From Candidatus Omnitrophota bacterium (lineage in GTDB: Bacteria; Omnitrophota; Gorgyraeia; Zapsychrales; Zapsychraceae), in contig DATDQB010000017.1 of assembly GCA_035292445.1 (NCBI GenBank), forward strand, positions 55,051-119,050: a stretch of DNA of 64,000 nt, read 5' to 3'. The position numbers and the translations under genes are program-made. This document shows, one piece after another, positions 9,079-19,086 of the stretch (the stretch's first letter is position 1; every line of letters begins with the position of its first letter). The notes under the pieces are model-generated. The model saw only the letters and a program-made list of their open reading frames with translations. It searched no databases and was not told the origin of the DNA.

Positions 9079-9221
9079 AAAACATAATTTTGCTGATTAT
9101 CCTATCAATCTTTCTTGCTGGCTGTGAAACCGTGAAGGGGCTCGGGAAGGATTTAACCAACACGGGAGAGAACCTGGAGGAAGTGGGGGAAAAGATCAGG
9201 GCCTCGGAAGCTGAAAAATAA
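9075..9221 (+). CDS. entericidin-like micro-lipoprotein (48 aa), missed by the ORF track
   Basis: [48 protein letters not shown] has a lipobox LAGC. The ATG overlaps the ispG TGA (ATGA). Confidence 0.55.
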   Translation: MKNIILLIILSIFLAGCETVKGLGKDLTNTGENLEEVGEKIRASEAEK

Positions 9222-9223
9222 AG

Positions 9224-9278
9224 GGTATCAGGACATCGGGTTTCCCTGATATCCTGATCCTCCGATCCCCTGATAACC
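9224..9278. terminator. hairpin / direct-repeat element between convergent genes
   Basis: tatcagg..cctgata stem, followed by three cctgat direct repeats. Confidence 0.4.
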
Positions 9279-9770
9279 TTAATTTAATTCTTTTAACACG
9301 GTTAAGACTTCCGCCGTGTGGTCTTGAGGCTTGACCTTCTCAAAAATCTTCGCGATCTTGCCCGTTTTATCAATAATGAACGTCGTGCGCGCAACCCCCA
9401 TATAATCCCGCCCGTACATACTTTTCTTCGCCCACACGCCGTAATCCCGGCAAAGTTTTTTCTCCTCATCGGCTAAAAGCAGGAAAGGAAGCTTGAATTT
9501 TTCGATGAACTTCTCATGGCTTTTGACGCCGTCGGGGCTTACCCCTAAGACAACCGCGTTTTTACCTTCCATGGATTTGATCTCATCCCTGAACCCGCAG
9601 GCTTCCACCGTGCAGCCGGGGGTGTCGTCTTTCGGATAAAAATACAAAACAATGTTGCGGCCGCTGAAGTCATTTAAGGAAACGGTCTTGCCGTTTGAGG
9701 CGAGCAGGTTGATGGCGGGGGCCTTGTCGCCGACTTTAAGTAAGGGCGGGGTCACCCCGCCTCTACTCAT
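9279..9770 (-). CDS. bcp: peroxiredoxin (thiol peroxidase, Bcp/PrxQ family)
   Basis: ..FYPKDDTPGCT.. peroxidatic Cys motif. The start is taken at the second Met (MSRGG). Confidence 0.85.
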   Translation of the reverse strand: MSRGGVTPPLLKVGDKAPAINLLASNGKTVSLNDFSGRNIVLYFYPKDDTPGCTVEACGFRDEIKSMEGKNAVVLGVSPDGVKSHEKFIEKFKLPFLLLADEEKKLCRDYGVWAKKSMYGRDYMGVARTTFIIDKTGKIAKIFEKVKPQDHTAEVLTVLKELN

Positions 9771-10230
9771 AGGGGCTCCATATTTTTGTTTTCGGATCAT
9801 AGATTTCTTTTTTAATCTTTTCTTTGGGCAAGCCGTCTTCCAGCGGCCACGCCGTTACTTCGACCTTATTGCCGTCAATGTCAAAAAAATAGAGCGACCA
9901 GGACTTGGAGCGTTTTTTAGCGAAACCGATCTTCGTATTATTGTCTTCCAAACGCTTGATCATCGGGTCAAAATCCTTGGCGTGGACCTGAAAAGAGAAG
10001 TGATTGGCGCCTAGGCCTTCGTCCTTGAAAAGATGGACGTCATTGGTGTTATCCGCCTGGATGATGCCGATCAAAGCGCGCGGACCGCAATCAAGGAAAA
10101 CCTCGATGCCCGGTTTCGATGGCTCGCGCTCGGTGATCTTTAAGCCGACAACTTTCGTATAAAACTCGACCGACTTATTGATGTCGCGCACGTTGATGGC
10201 AACGTGGTCAATTCCTTTAATTTCAATCAT
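9763..10230 (-). CDS. glyoxalase / bleomycin-resistance (VOC) family protein
   Basis: 155 aa with ..IDHVAINVRD.. and paired beta-alpha-beta-beta-beta modules. Confidence 0.7.
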   Translation of the reverse strand: MIEIKGIDHVAINVRDINKSVEFYTKVVGLKITEREPSKPGIEVFLDCGPRALIGIIQADNTNDVHLFKDEGLGANHFSFQVHAKDFDPMIKRLEDNNTKIGFAKKRSKSWSLYFFDIDGNKVEVTAWPLEDGLPKEKIKKEIYDPKTKIWSPYE

Positions 10231-10253
10231 GTAAATACCCCTTTAAATGACAT

Positions 10254-10349
10254 CTTAGTCATAAGTTATAAGTCGTAAGGAGTAAGTATTCTGCCCGTCA
10301 TAACGCTGTTTTATCCTTACCGCTTACAACTTACTACTTATAACTTAAC
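10254..10349. repeat. heptad-periodic palindromic element overlapping the 3' end of the PHP phosphatase gene
   Basis: Left arm gtcataa gttataa gtcgtaa ggagtaa; 28-nt spacer; right arm ccttacc gcttaca acttact acttata acttaac. Confidence 0.75.
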
Positions 10350-11141
10350 AGTTCGTTCTATTTTCCTATTCTTAAATAATACATACTCTGCGTACCCGGC
10401 TTCCTTGGCCAGCGCGACGGCCGCTTCAAAATCCGCGCCGACATGCTCCGGCTGGTGGGCATCAGATCCAAAGGTAAGAGGGACGCCGGCTTTTCGATAA
10501 ATTTTAAGGAAGTTGAGCGCCGGATACATTTCTTTGCAGGTTTTGCGCAGCCCCGAGGTATTGATCTCGACCGCCACCCCGCATTCTTTGAACGTCTGGG
10601 CGGTTTTCTTGACCTCATCGCTCATGTCTTGGCTGGCCCGGTGGCCGAATTTCTTGACCAGGTCCACGTGGCCCATGATGTCGAACATTTTCGAGCGGGC
10701 GCTCTGGCGCAGCAGGTCAAAATAGTCGCGGTACACCTGGTTCACGTCTTGTTCATCCCACGCCTTGCGCTGCGCCGGGTCATCGAAGCCCCAATCCTTG
10801 ATAAAGTGCACGGAACCGATGACGTAATCATAGGGGTAGTCATCCAGGATCTTTTTCGTTTTATCTTCGTAACCGGGGATAAAATCCGCTTCGATGGCGA
10901 CTTTGATGCGCAATTCATTTTTATACAACGTGCAGACTTCTTCGATCATGCGGTAATACGAAGGCAGCTGCTCCATGCCCATCGTGATCCCAGGATCACG
11001 CATGTGAACAAAAGGGGCATGGTCGGAAAAACCGATCTCCTGCAATCCAACTTTAATGGCCTGCTTGGCGTACTCTTTGGGCTCGCCGGTGGCGTGGCCG
11101 CAAAGGGGCGTGTGCATGTGATAATCACAAATGGGTTTCAT
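10338..11141 (-). CDS. histidinol-phosphatase, HisJ family (PHP domain)
   Basis: 267 aa with ..DYHMHTPLCGHA.. and PHP metal-binding His/Asp motifs. Confidence 0.8.
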   Translation of the reverse strand: MKPICDYHMHTPLCGHATGEPKEYAKQAIKVGLQEIGFSDHAPFVHMRDPGITMGMEQLPSYYRMIEEVCTLYKNELRIKVAIEADFIPGYEDKTKKILDDYPYDYVIGSVHFIKDWGFDDPAQRKAWDEQDVNQVYRDYFDLLRQSARSKMFDIMGHVDLVKKFGHRASQDMSDEVKKTAQTFKECGVAVEINTSGLRKTCKEMYPALNFLKIYRKAGVPLTFGSDAHQPEHVGADFEAAVALAKEAGYAEYVLFKNRKIERTVKL

Positions 11142-12823
11142 CGAAGTTGCTCGTTGATGATTTCGTTTATCTTATCTTGTGCAGATTGATTCCGCGGCTC
11201 CAAGCTCAACACCTTCTTGAAATCTTCCAGCGCTTTGGGATAATTTTTCATCGCGTAATAGCACATCCCGCGGTTGACGTAGGCGTTGGCATACGAATCG
11301 TTTGATTCCAGCGCTTTGGTGTAATCTTTAAGCGCCAGATCATACATCCCGGACATCAAGTACTGATTGGCGCGGTTATTATACGCCTCAAAATGCTGGG
11401 GGTTGTGTTCGATCGCTTTGGAATAATACCTGATGGAGCCGGTTCTGTCAAATTTTAGTGCCAGAATATTGGCCAACTTAAAATAGCCATCGGCCAAATC
11501 CGGCTGCACCTCGATCATCTTCATGAAATAAACCATGGCCTCATCGAAGCGATGCTGCTCTTCCAGATAAACCCCCATGTTATTATAGGCCAGGTAGGCG
11601 TTCGGGAAAAACCGGATCACGTTGCTCCATAAACAACCACTATTTTGCCAAATCCTGGTCTGCTGGTGACTGAGCCTGACAAGCGCCCCCAGCCAAATGA
11701 TAAAGATAAAAATAATGAGGCCCTTTAACCAGTAAATATTTTTTTGCATTCCCCGCTGAAGCGCGTAGGCGATCAGGATAAAGAACCCCAGCGACGGCAA
11801 ATACATGAACCTTTCATAAATGATGGAATCGTTCATCTGAAACAGATGCAGCACCGGCCAAATGGTAAAGGCATAAAAGAGAAAACAAAACTTCACCAAA
11901 GCCGAGCGGCGGAACGTGACCGCAATCAAAACCGCCCCCAAAACGATCAATAAAACGGATAAAATCACGATCGTCCAGGTGATTGTCGGCGCGTAATAGC
12001 AGGTGAGAGGATACGGAATGACAACCTTAATGATGTACATAACAAACGCCAGGGCGGAATACAAAACCCGTTCCCAAAACGGATACATGGCCGTATTGGG
12101 AAACGCCTCGACTTGGCCGATGATCCTTAACGTAAAGATCCCGTGAAGAAAAGCAATCAGGAAAAACGGCCATTTTTCGATGACGGAACTTCTGCGGAAG
12201 CCTTTTTCCCTATAATAATCAATGGCGATCAACACGAGCCCAAAGGTAACAGCCGTGGCTTTGGACAATAAAGAAAGAATGAAGCATACATAAGTCAACG
12301 GTTTGGCATATCTGGCGGCTGGCGTCTTGGAAAGAGATTGGAGATAGCTCATCAACCCTAAAAGGTAAAAAAACATAAAAAGCACGTCTTTGCGGGAGCT
12401 GATCCACGCCACAGGCTCGACCTGCAACGGATGGACCCCGAATAACAAAGCCGCCATCAAGGCAATTTCTGCGTTGGCCAGCAAGATCCGGACAAAAACA
12501 AAGACCAAAAGGGTGTTAAGAATATGCAGCGCCATGTTCGTCGCATGGTACGCCTTGGGGTTGAGCCCGAAGAACCGATATTCCAGCGCATAACTTAGCA
12601 TCGTTAACGGATGATATTTACCGGTCAAATTTGTCGTAAATATTTTTTTTACATGCTGCGGCGACAGGCTGCGGATGGCTTCATTCTCGAGGACATATTC
12701 GTTATCGTCCCAATTGACAAAATCGTTATTGAGGGCGGGATAAAAGCAAAAAAACGTCGCTATCAGGATAATCAGCAACAGAAAAAGTTCACGGGTTCTT
12801 GAGGAATACGGGAGAGCCGGCAT
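11138..12823 (-). CDS. TMTC/PMT-like GT-C membrane glycosyltransferase (DUF1736-like) with C-terminal TPR repeats
   Basis: Polytopic N-terminal domain with a first-loop acidic motif (NWDDNEY), and three or more C-terminal TPR units. Paralog of 55218-57020. Confidence 0.6.
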   Translation of the reverse strand: MPALPYSSRTRELFLLLIILIATFFCFYPALNNDFVNWDDNEYVLENEAIRSLSPQHVKKIFTTNLTGKYHPLTMLSYALEYRFFGLNPKAYHATNMALHILNTLLVFVFVRILLANAEIALMAALLFGVHPLQVEPVAWISSRKDVLFMFFYLLGLMSYLQSLSKTPAARYAKPLTYVCFILSLLSKATAVTFGLVLIAIDYYREKGFRRSSVIEKWPFFLIAFLHGIFTLRIIGQVEAFPNTAMYPFWERVLYSALAFVMYIIKVVIPYPLTCYYAPTITWTIVILSVLLIVLGAVLIAVTFRRSALVKFCFLFYAFTIWPVLHLFQMNDSIIYERFMYLPSLGFFILIAYALQRGMQKNIYWLKGLIIFIFIIWLGALVRLSHQQTRIWQNSGCLWSNVIRFFPNAYLAYNNMGVYLEEQHRFDEAMVYFMKMIEVQPDLADGYFKLANILALKFDRTGSIRYYSKAIEHNPQHFEAYNNRANQYLMSGMYDLALKDYTKALESNDSYANAYVNRGMCYYAMKNYPKALEDFKKVLSLEPRNQSAQDKINEIINEQLR

Positions 12824-12887
12824 TGCCCATGATTATAACATATCACCATTTCAATAAATATAACCATTTCATCCCTTTTTAGGACAA

Positions 12888-12916
12888 TTGACACCTCCGG
12901 GCGGCTATGTTATCAT
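12888..12916 (+). promoter_or_regulatory. sigma70-type promoter TTGACA-N17-TATCAT
   Basis: Direct reading; lies upstream of the reductase start at 12949. Confidence 0.5.
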
Positions 12917-12948
12917 GCCGCTTACTCGAAACAACCGACACCCTCAAA

Positions 12949-13674
12949 ATGACTCAACCATCAAAACCAACGGTACTGATAACAGGCGGCGCCAAGCGCA
13001 TCGGCAAGGCGATCTGCCTGGCCTTGGCCAAGGCGGGCTATAAAATCGCCCTTCACTACCAGCATTCCCACCAGGAAGCCTTGGGAGTACTGAAACAAAT
13101 CAAGAAAAACAAAGGCCAATGCGAGCTGTTTGCCTGTGATCTGTCCAAGGACCGGGCAACGGGACAGCTCATCAAAATGGTCAAAAAAACCTGCCCGGAC
13201 CTAAGCATCCTCGTTAACAACGCGTCCATCTTTGAAAAATCAAATATAAGATCGGCATCATTAGCCTCGCTGAACAAACATTTCGATATCAATTTCAAAG
13301 CGCCGTTTATCTTAACGCAGGAATTCACGAAGGCCTGCCGGAATGGATTGATCATCAACATCCTGGACACCAACATTGTCAGAAACACCGGCCATCATGC
13401 AACGTATCTTTTATCAAAAAAAGCGTTGGCCGAGTTGACCAAAATGAGCGCCGTTGAGTTAGCCCCGTCCATCCGCGTGAATGCGGTTGCGCCGGGATTG
13501 ATCCTCCCGCCTGAAGGCGAAACAGCGGCTTATTTAGACCGAAGGGTCAAAGCCATCCCTTTAAAAAGAAAAGGCGATGCAGCGCAAATCGCCCAAACGG
13601 TCTTGTTTCTCATCGAAAACCCTTACGTAACCGGGCAGATTATTTTCAATGATGGGGGGGAGCACTTGATTTAG
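12949..13674 (+). CDS. pteridine reductase-like SDR (FolM/PTR1-type)
   Basis: TGGAKRIG glycine motif (TGx3RxG, typical of FolM/PTR1) and a YxxxK SDR core. Sits next to folB-folK. Confidence 0.65.
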   Translation: MTQPSKPTVLITGGAKRIGKAICLALAKAGYKIALHYQHSHQEALGVLKQIKKNKGQCELFACDLSKDRATGQLIKMVKKTCPDLSILVNNASIFEKSNIRSASLASLNKHFDINFKAPFILTQEFTKACRNGLIINILDTNIVRNTGHHATYLLSKKALAELTKMSAVELAPSIRVNAVAPGLILPPEGETAAYLDRRVKAIPLKRKGDAAQIAQTVLFLIENPYVTGQIIFNDGGEHLI

Positions 13675-13735
13675 TTCTAAGCCATAAGCCTTAAGCTGTA
13701 AGCTTACGGCTTACAACTTACGACTTACAACTAAC
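13675..13735. repeat. heptad-periodic palindromic element
   Basis: ttctaag ccataag ccttaag ctgtaag | cttacgg cttacaa cttacga cttacaa. Confidence 0.8.
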
Positions 13736-13747
13736 AATTCAATTAAC

Positions 13748-14101
13748 ATGGCTATTATAAGAATTACTAATCTGAAATTACGCTCGATCATCGGCATCAA
13801 CGATTGGGAACGCAAGAAGAAACAGCGGGTGGTCATCAACATCGCCATCCGTTTCAATGCCGCCAAGTCCAGCCAAAGCGACGGGATCGGCGATACCATT
13901 GACTATAAATCCATTACCAAGAGGATTATTAAAAAAGTCACTGGCTCCCGTTATTACTTATTAGAGAAACTTTGCCAAAAGGTCCTGGATATCATCATGG
14001 AGCATAAAATGGTCAAAGAAGCCCTTGTCCGCATTGACAAGCCGGGGGCGCTTCGCTTCGCCGATTCCGTTTCGGTCGAGCTGAGCGCGAAAAGACGATG
14101 A
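13748..14101 (+). CDS. folB: dihydroneopterin aldolase
   Basis: 117 aa FolB fold (..LRSIIGINDWER..). Confidence 0.8.
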   Translation: MAIIRITNLKLRSIIGINDWERKKKQRVVINIAIRFNAAKSSQSDGIGDTIDYKSITKRIIKKVTGSRYYLLEKLCQKVLDIIMEHKMVKEALVRIDKPGALRFADSVSVELSAKRR

Positions 14102-14481
14102 ACACAGCGGTTATCGGGATCGGCTCCAACATCAGCCCCCAAAAAAACGTCAAGAAAGCAAAGAATCTCCTGGCACAGACATTCCATGTCCTCAAAGAAT
14201 CCGCCTTCATCCAGACCAAACCCGTCGGTTACACGGATCAGGGCGATTTTATCAACGGGTCGGTGTATATTGAAACGGCCCTGCCCATAGAAAAACTGAG
14301 CCAGAAAATGAAAAAACTGGAAAAACAGTTAGGCCGCAGCGCCTCTCCCATCAAATACGGCCCGCGCACGATCGATCTGGATATTGTCGTTTTTAACGGG
14401 GAAGTGGTGGACCATGATTTCTACGAAAGGGATTTCCTTAAAAACGCCGTTTTGGAGTTGATTCCCGACCTTCGATATTAA
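14098..14481 (+). CDS. short HPPK paralog (2-amino-4-hydroxy-6-hydroxymethyldihydropteridine pyrophosphokinase-like)
   Basis: ..IGIGSNI.., ..RTIDLDIVVF... Shorter (127 aa) than the canonical folK at 33735. Confidence 0.65.
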   Translation: MNTAVIGIGSNISPQKNVKKAKNLLAQTFHVLKESAFIQTKPVGYTDQGDFINGSVYIETALPIEKLSQKMKKLEKQLGRSASPIKYGPRTIDLDIVVFNGEVVDHDFYERDFLKNAVLELIPDLRY

Positions 14482-14509
14482 AATCTCTCTCAACGGGCCG
14501 AATTTTTAC

Positions 14510-14538
14510 TTGCAAAACCTTAAACCCTTGCTATTATA
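14510..14538 (+). promoter_or_regulatory. sigma70-type promoter TTGCAA-N17-TATTAT; the predicted TSS falls at or near the fabG ATG (leaderless)
   Basis: Direct reading. Only 5 nt separate the -10 from the ATG and there is no SD. Confidence 0.5.
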
Positions 14539-14543
14539 TCCAC

Positions 14544-15284
14544 ATGAAATTTAAAGACAAAATCGCCCTCGTCACCGGCTCCACTCGCGGCATCGGTAAA
14601 GAGATCGCTTCCGCCTTCGCGCAAGAAGGGGCTACCACCATTATTATGGGCCGCAATGCCGATACCGCTCAATCAACCCATAAAGAACTCGTCAAAAAGG
14701 GGCTGAAAGCCGATAGCTTTGCCTGTGATGTTACAAACCCGCAAAATGTGCAGGAAATCGTTCAAAAAATTATTGACAAATATAAGAGGGTTGATATATT
14801 AGTAAACAACGCCGGCATTACCAAAGACAATTTACTCTTTCGGATGAGCGATGCAGACTGGGATGAAGTCATGAGCGTGAACCTGAAAGGGGTTTTTAAT
14901 TGCACCAAAGCTGTATTAAAGGTAATGCTTAAAGCCAAAACGGGCAGGATCATTAACATATCTTCGATCATTGGAATTATCGGGAATGTCGGTCAGGCCA
15001 ATTATGCGGCCAGTAAAGCAGGGATCATCGGCTTTACCAAATCGATTGCGCTGGAGATGGCCTCGCGGGGCATCACGGTCAATGCCATCGCACCAGGCTA
15101 CATCGAAACCGATATGACCGCCCAACTTAAAGACACGACCCGTGAAGCGTTACTGAAAGGTATCCCGCTGGGACGTTTTGGGAGTGCCCGCGATATCGCC
15201 GGGGCGTGCTTATTCTTAGCTTCAGACGAAGCAAACTATATAACAGGACAGACAATCGTCGTTGATGGTGGGATGGCGGTTTAA
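14544..15284 (+). CDS. fabG: 3-oxoacyl-ACP reductase
   Basis: 246 aa SDR (TGSTRGIGK, YxxxK); upstream of acpP-fabF. Confidence 0.9.
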   Translation: MKFKDKIALVTGSTRGIGKEIASAFAQEGATTIIMGRNADTAQSTHKELVKKGLKADSFACDVTNPQNVQEIVQKIIDKYKRVDILVNNAGITKDNLLFRMSDADWDEVMSVNLKGVFNCTKAVLKVMLKAKTGRIINISSIIGIIGNVGQANYAASKAGIIGFTKSIALEMASRGITVNAIAPGYIETDMTAQLKDTTREALLKGIPLGRFGSARDIAGACLFLASDEANYITGQTIVVDGGMAV

Positions 15285-15308
15285 AGCTCTTCTTACAAAG
15301 GAGGAACA

Positions 15309-15548
15309 ATGGCAGTCGAAGAAAAAATTAAGTCAATCATCGCGGAGCAATTAGGGGTTAAGCCGGAAGAAGTCGTTCCGGATGCTTCATTTATCGATGA
15401 TTTAGGAGCTGACTCTCTCGATACGGTGGAACTCATTATGGCGTTAGAAGAAGAATTCGGCATTGAAATTCCCGATGAAGACGCGGAAAAAATGACTACC
15501 GTCGGTGATGCCGTCAAGTATATCGAAGAGAAAACAGCGAATAAGTAA
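15309..15548 (+). CDS. acpP: acyl carrier protein
   Basis: 79 aa with the DSL phosphopantetheine site (..[11 protein letters not shown]..). Preceded by SD aaaggagg. Confidence 0.95.
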   Translation: MAVEEKIKSIIAEQLGVKPEEVVPDASFIDDLGADSLDTVELIMALEEEFGIEIPDEDAEKMTTVGDAVKYIEEKTANK

Positions 15549-15580
15549 ATACCATTGATCGTTAAACACCGACATTTTAA

Positions 15581-15615
15581 AATGCCTCGGCTTACTTGCC
15601 GAGGCATTCTATTAT
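15581..15615 (+). terminator. intrinsic terminator / attenuator between acpP and fabF
   Basis: aatgcctcggc-ttactt-gccgaggcatt, followed by ctattat. Confidence 0.6.
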
Positions 15616-15621
15616 AGAGAT

Positions 15622-16866
15622 ATGGAAAAAAAACGCATTGTTATAACTGGCATGGGTGTTGTTTCTCCCGTTGGGACCGGTGTGCCCAAATACTGGAAAA
15701 GTTTGTGCGAAGGCAAAAGCGGTGTCCGGCGGATCACCACTTTTGATCCCAGCGCCTTTGATTCCCAAATTGCGGGAGAAGCCAGCGATTTCGATTCCCT
15801 GGACCACTTCAACAGCAAAGAGGCCCGCATTCTGGCCAAGTTTGTCCAATTTGCGATCGTGGCCTCCGATGAAGCCGTTAAACAAGCCCGGTTGGATCTT
15901 CAGAAGCTCGATTTGGACCGCATTGGCGTGCTCATCGGCTCTGGGATCGGCAGCATTGAAACTATTGAAGAAGAGCATACTAAATATCTGGAGAAGGGGC
16001 CCAGCCGCATTACCCCGCATTTCATCCCGAAGATCATTATTAATGAAGCCGCCGGCCATGTTTCTATCCGTACCGGCGCCCGCGGGCCGGCCACATGTGT
16101 CGCCACCGCCTGTTCAACGGCCACGAACGCGATAGGCGATGCCATGCGCTTTATCCAATATGGCGATGCGGACGTGATGATCGCCGGAGGGACGGAAAGC
16201 GCCACAACACCTTTGGGTGTTGGCGGGTTCTGCGCTTTAAAAGCATTATCCAAACGAAATGACGCGCCGGAAAAAGCTTCCCGCCCGTTTGAGCTTCATC
16301 GTGATGGTTTTGTGATGGGGGAAGGCGCCGGGGTTGTGATTGTGGAAGAACTCAATCATGCCAAAAGACGCGGCGCAAAAATCCTGGCTGAATTGGTCGG
16401 CTATGGCCGCACTTCCGATGCGTTTCATATCACGGCGCCCGAATCAAGCGGCGCGGGAGCGACCAAAGCCATGGAGCTGGCCCTTCGCGATGCCAAACTT
16501 CAACCCAAAGATATCACGTACATTAATGCGCACGGCACCTCAACCTACCTCAATGACAAAGTGGAAACCATGGCCATCAAAAAAGTGTTTGGCGAATACG
16601 CGAAAAAAGTTCCCGTTAGTTCGACCAAATCCATGACCGGCCATCTTTTAGGAGCGGCCGGAGGCGTTGAACTCATCGCCTGCATTGGCGCGATCCTCGA
16701 TCAGATTGTTCCTCCAACCATCAATTATGAAACCCCGGACCCCGAATGCGATCTGGATTACGTGCCCAATACGGCGCGAAAAGTTCATGTCGATGCTTGC
16801 ATGTCCAATTCGCTGGGATTCGGCGGGCATAATGCCACGGTGGTCGTCAAGAAATTCAAAGAATAA
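15622..16866 (+). CDS. fabF: 3-oxoacyl-ACP synthase II
   Basis: 414 aa KAS II with the Cys-His-His triad context. Confidence 0.9.
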   Translation: MEKKRIVITGMGVVSPVGTGVPKYWKSLCEGKSGVRRITTFDPSAFDSQIAGEASDFDSLDHFNSKEARILAKFVQFAIVASDEAVKQARLDLQKLDLDRIGVLIGSGIGSIETIEEEHTKYLEKGPSRITPHFIPKIIINEAAGHVSIRTGARGPATCVATACSTATNAIGDAMRFIQYGDADVMIAGGTESATTPLGVGGFCALKALSKRNDAPEKASRPFELHRDGFVMGEGAGVVIVEELNHAKRRGAKILAELVGYGRTSDAFHITAPESSGAGATKAMELALRDAKLQPKDITYINAHGTSTYLNDKVETMAIKKVFGEYAKKVPVSSTKSMTGHLLGAAGGVELIACIGAILDQIVPPTINYETPDPECDLDYVPNTARKVHVDACMSNSLGFGGHNATVVVKKFKE

Positions 16867-16890
16867 TCGAGAATGCCATTAAGAAAATAC

Positions 16891-16918
16891 TTGGGAAACG
16901 CGCAAGCTATGGTATAAT
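16891..16918 (+). promoter_or_regulatory. sigma70-type promoter TTGGGA-N16-TATAAT
   Basis: Direct reading; 30 nt upstream of the ATG. Confidence 0.5.
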
Positions 16919-16947
16919 TTCCCTAATTCTTTTACACGAGGAAAATT

Positions 16948-18000
16948 ATGAAAACTTATAAATTAGCTGTTATCCCCGGAGACGGAACAGGCCCGGAAGT
17001 TATCAACGAAGGGCTTAAAGCCCTTTCAGCCATTGCGCAAAAATGCGGTTTCAAATACGCGTTAACCTCCTTTGATTTCGGCGGTGAAAGATACCTGCGC
17101 ACCAAAGAGGCCTTGCCCAAATCGGCGATCAAGGACCTTCAAAAATTCGACGCCATTTATTTGGGCGCAATCGGACACCCGGATGTCAAGCCGGGGATAT
17201 TAGAGAAGGGGATCCTTTTGACGATCCGTTTTGAGTTGGACCAATACATCAATTTACGCCCCGTGCAACTTTTTGACGAACGTTTCTGCCCGCTTAAGAA
17301 CAAAAAACCCGAAGATATTGATTTTATCGTTGTCCGGGAAAATTCGGAAGGCTTATATAAAGGTATCGGGGAATTCAAGGATAAGGGCACCAAAAATGAG
17401 ATCGCCCTGCAGGTTTCCCACAACACCCACAAAGGTGTCGAACGTTGTTTGCGTTATGCTTTTGAGGTCGCCCAAAAACGAAAAAGAAAACAACTGACAC
17501 TGTGCGGAAAAACCAACGTCTTAACGTATGCGTTCGATCTCTGGGAAAGAACGTTCCACGAAGTGGCCAAAGATTACCCAAGCGTCAAAACGGATTACGC
17601 CCATGTTGATGCAACCACCATGTGGTTCGTCAAAAACCCTGAATGGTTCGATGTGATCGTTACCGACAACATGTTCGGTGACATCATCACGGATCTGGGG
17701 GCCATGATCCAGGGAGGAATGGGGATCGCTGCCGGGGGAAACATCAACCCCAAAGGCGTTTCCATGTTCGAGCCCATCGGCGGTTCGGCCCCGAAATACA
17801 CGGGCAAAAACGTCATCAATCCGTTGGCCGCGATCTGCGCTTTAGCCATGCTCCTTGACCAGCTGGGAGAAAGCAAAGCTGCCAAATTAATTGAAGATTC
17901 CGTCAAAACAGTCGTTCGCACCAAACTGAAGGATCTGGCTGCCGGTAAAATGGGGTATTCAACAACTGAAGTCGGCGACTTAGTAGTAAAAAACTTGTAG
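16948..18000 (+). CDS. isopropylmalate/isocitrate/tartrate dehydrogenase family (LeuB-like)
   Basis: 350 aa with ..[11 protein letters not shown].., NLRP and the GDI.SD motif. Confidence 0.65.
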   Translation: MKTYKLAVIPGDGTGPEVINEGLKALSAIAQKCGFKYALTSFDFGGERYLRTKEALPKSAIKDLQKFDAIYLGAIGHPDVKPGILEKGILLTIRFELDQYINLRPVQLFDERFCPLKNKKPEDIDFIVVRENSEGLYKGIGEFKDKGTKNEIALQVSHNTHKGVERCLRYAFEVAQKRKRKQLTLCGKTNVLTYAFDLWERTFHEVAKDYPSVKTDYAHVDATTMWFVKNPEWFDVIVTDNMFGDIITDLGAMIQGGMGIAAGGNINPKGVSMFEPIGGSAPKYTGKNVINPLAAICALAMLLDQLGESKAAKLIEDSVKTVVRTKLKDLAAGKMGYSTTEVGDLVVKNL

Positions 18001-18066
18001 TAGCCCTAAGCCGTAAGTCTTAAGCCGTATATTTTAAAGCTTACAACTTAAGGCTTACGACTTAAA
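18001..18066. repeat. heptad-periodic palindromic element
   Basis: tagccct aagccgt aagtctt aagccgt | atattttaaa | gcttaca acttaag gcttacg acttaaa. Confidence 0.8.
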
Positions 18067-18078
18067 TGAGGTATTCCA

Positions 18079-19086
18079 ATGAAGAAATACAACGTGTGCA
18101 TCTTAGGCATCCGCGGGGCCGTTGGGCAGGAGTTTTATAAGATCCTTAAACAACGTAAATTCCCTGTCAAAGAACTGCGCTTGATATCCTCCAGCATTGA
18201 AGAAGAGGGCGCGGAAAAATTGGATGGCATACCGTTCACTAAAGTTTCTGTCGAAGCTTTTAAGGGCATGGACATCGGGCTTTTTTCGCCCGGAGCGAGC
18301 GTCAGCAAGATCTGGGCACCGATCGCGGCTAAGGCCGGGTGTGTCGTCATCGACAATACCAGCCAGTTCCGCATGGATCCTGATGTGCCTTTGGTCGTGC
18401 CTGAGGTCAATCCGGAAGATGTGGCCAAGCATAAAGGCATTATCGCCAATCCCAATTGCTCGACCATTCAGATGGTTGTCGCCCTGAAACCTTTGCATGA
18501 TTACGGTAAGATCAAAAGGATCGTCGTTTCGACGTACCAGTCTGTCTCGGGCGCGGGCTCGGCCTGCATCAGCGAACTCTCCGAACAGGAACAGGCCCAT
18601 GTGAAACATAAACCGATCAAGGTCAAAAATTTCAGCCACCAGATCTTTCATAACCTTATCCCGCAGATCGATGTGCCCATGGATAATCTCTACACCAAAG
18701 AAGAGATGAAGATGGTCAATGAGACCAAAAAGATCATGCATGATGATTCGATCCGCGTGAGCGCGACCTGCGTGCGCGTTCCCGTTGTGCGGGCACACAG
18801 CGAATCGGTCAACATCGAAACGCAAAAGAAGATCACGCGCGAAAAAGCTATTGAACTCTTGCGTAAAGCCCCTGGCGTGCAGATCATCGATGACATCACA
18901 AAAGGCAAATACCCACAGCCGCTTGATGCTGAAGGCAAGGATGATACTTTCATCGGGCGCATCCGCGAAGACGTCTCCATCGAAAACGGCCTTAACATGT
19001 GGATCGTATCCGACAACCTCCGCAAAGGCGCCGCTTTAAATGCCATCCAGATAGCGGAAGAATTGATAAAAAGAAAATTAGTTTAG
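18079..19086 (+). CDS. asd: aspartate-semialdehyde dehydrogenase
   Basis: 335 aa with ..NPNCSTIQ.. catalytic Cys. Confidence 0.9.
   Translation: MKKYNVCILGIRGAVGQEFYKILKQRKFPVKELRLISSSIEEEGAEKLDGIPFTKVSVEAFKGMDIGLFSPGASVSKIWAPIAAKAGCVVIDNTSQFRMDPDVPLVVPEVNPEDVAKHKGIIANPNCSTIQMVVALKPLHDYGKIKRIVVSTYQSVSGAGSACISELSEQEQAHVKHKPIKVKNFSHQIFHNLIPQIDVPMDNLYTKEEMKMVNETKKIMHDDSIRVSATCVRVPVVRAHSESVNIETQKKITREKAIELLRKAPGVQIIDDITKGKYPQPLDAEGKDDTFIGRIREDVSIENGLNMWIVSDNLRKGAALNAIQIAEELIKRKLV

Noticed and set aside
10443-11189. 248-aa ORF antisense to the PHP phosphatase gene, and similar long antisense ORFs (18103-18825, 26225-26929, 29351-30034, 60567-61445, 27838-28388)
   Set aside because: Each lies fully inside and opposite a well-supported conserved gene and has a low-complexity, Arg/Gly-biased composition typical of antisense frames in GC-moderate DNA. 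No motifs are present.
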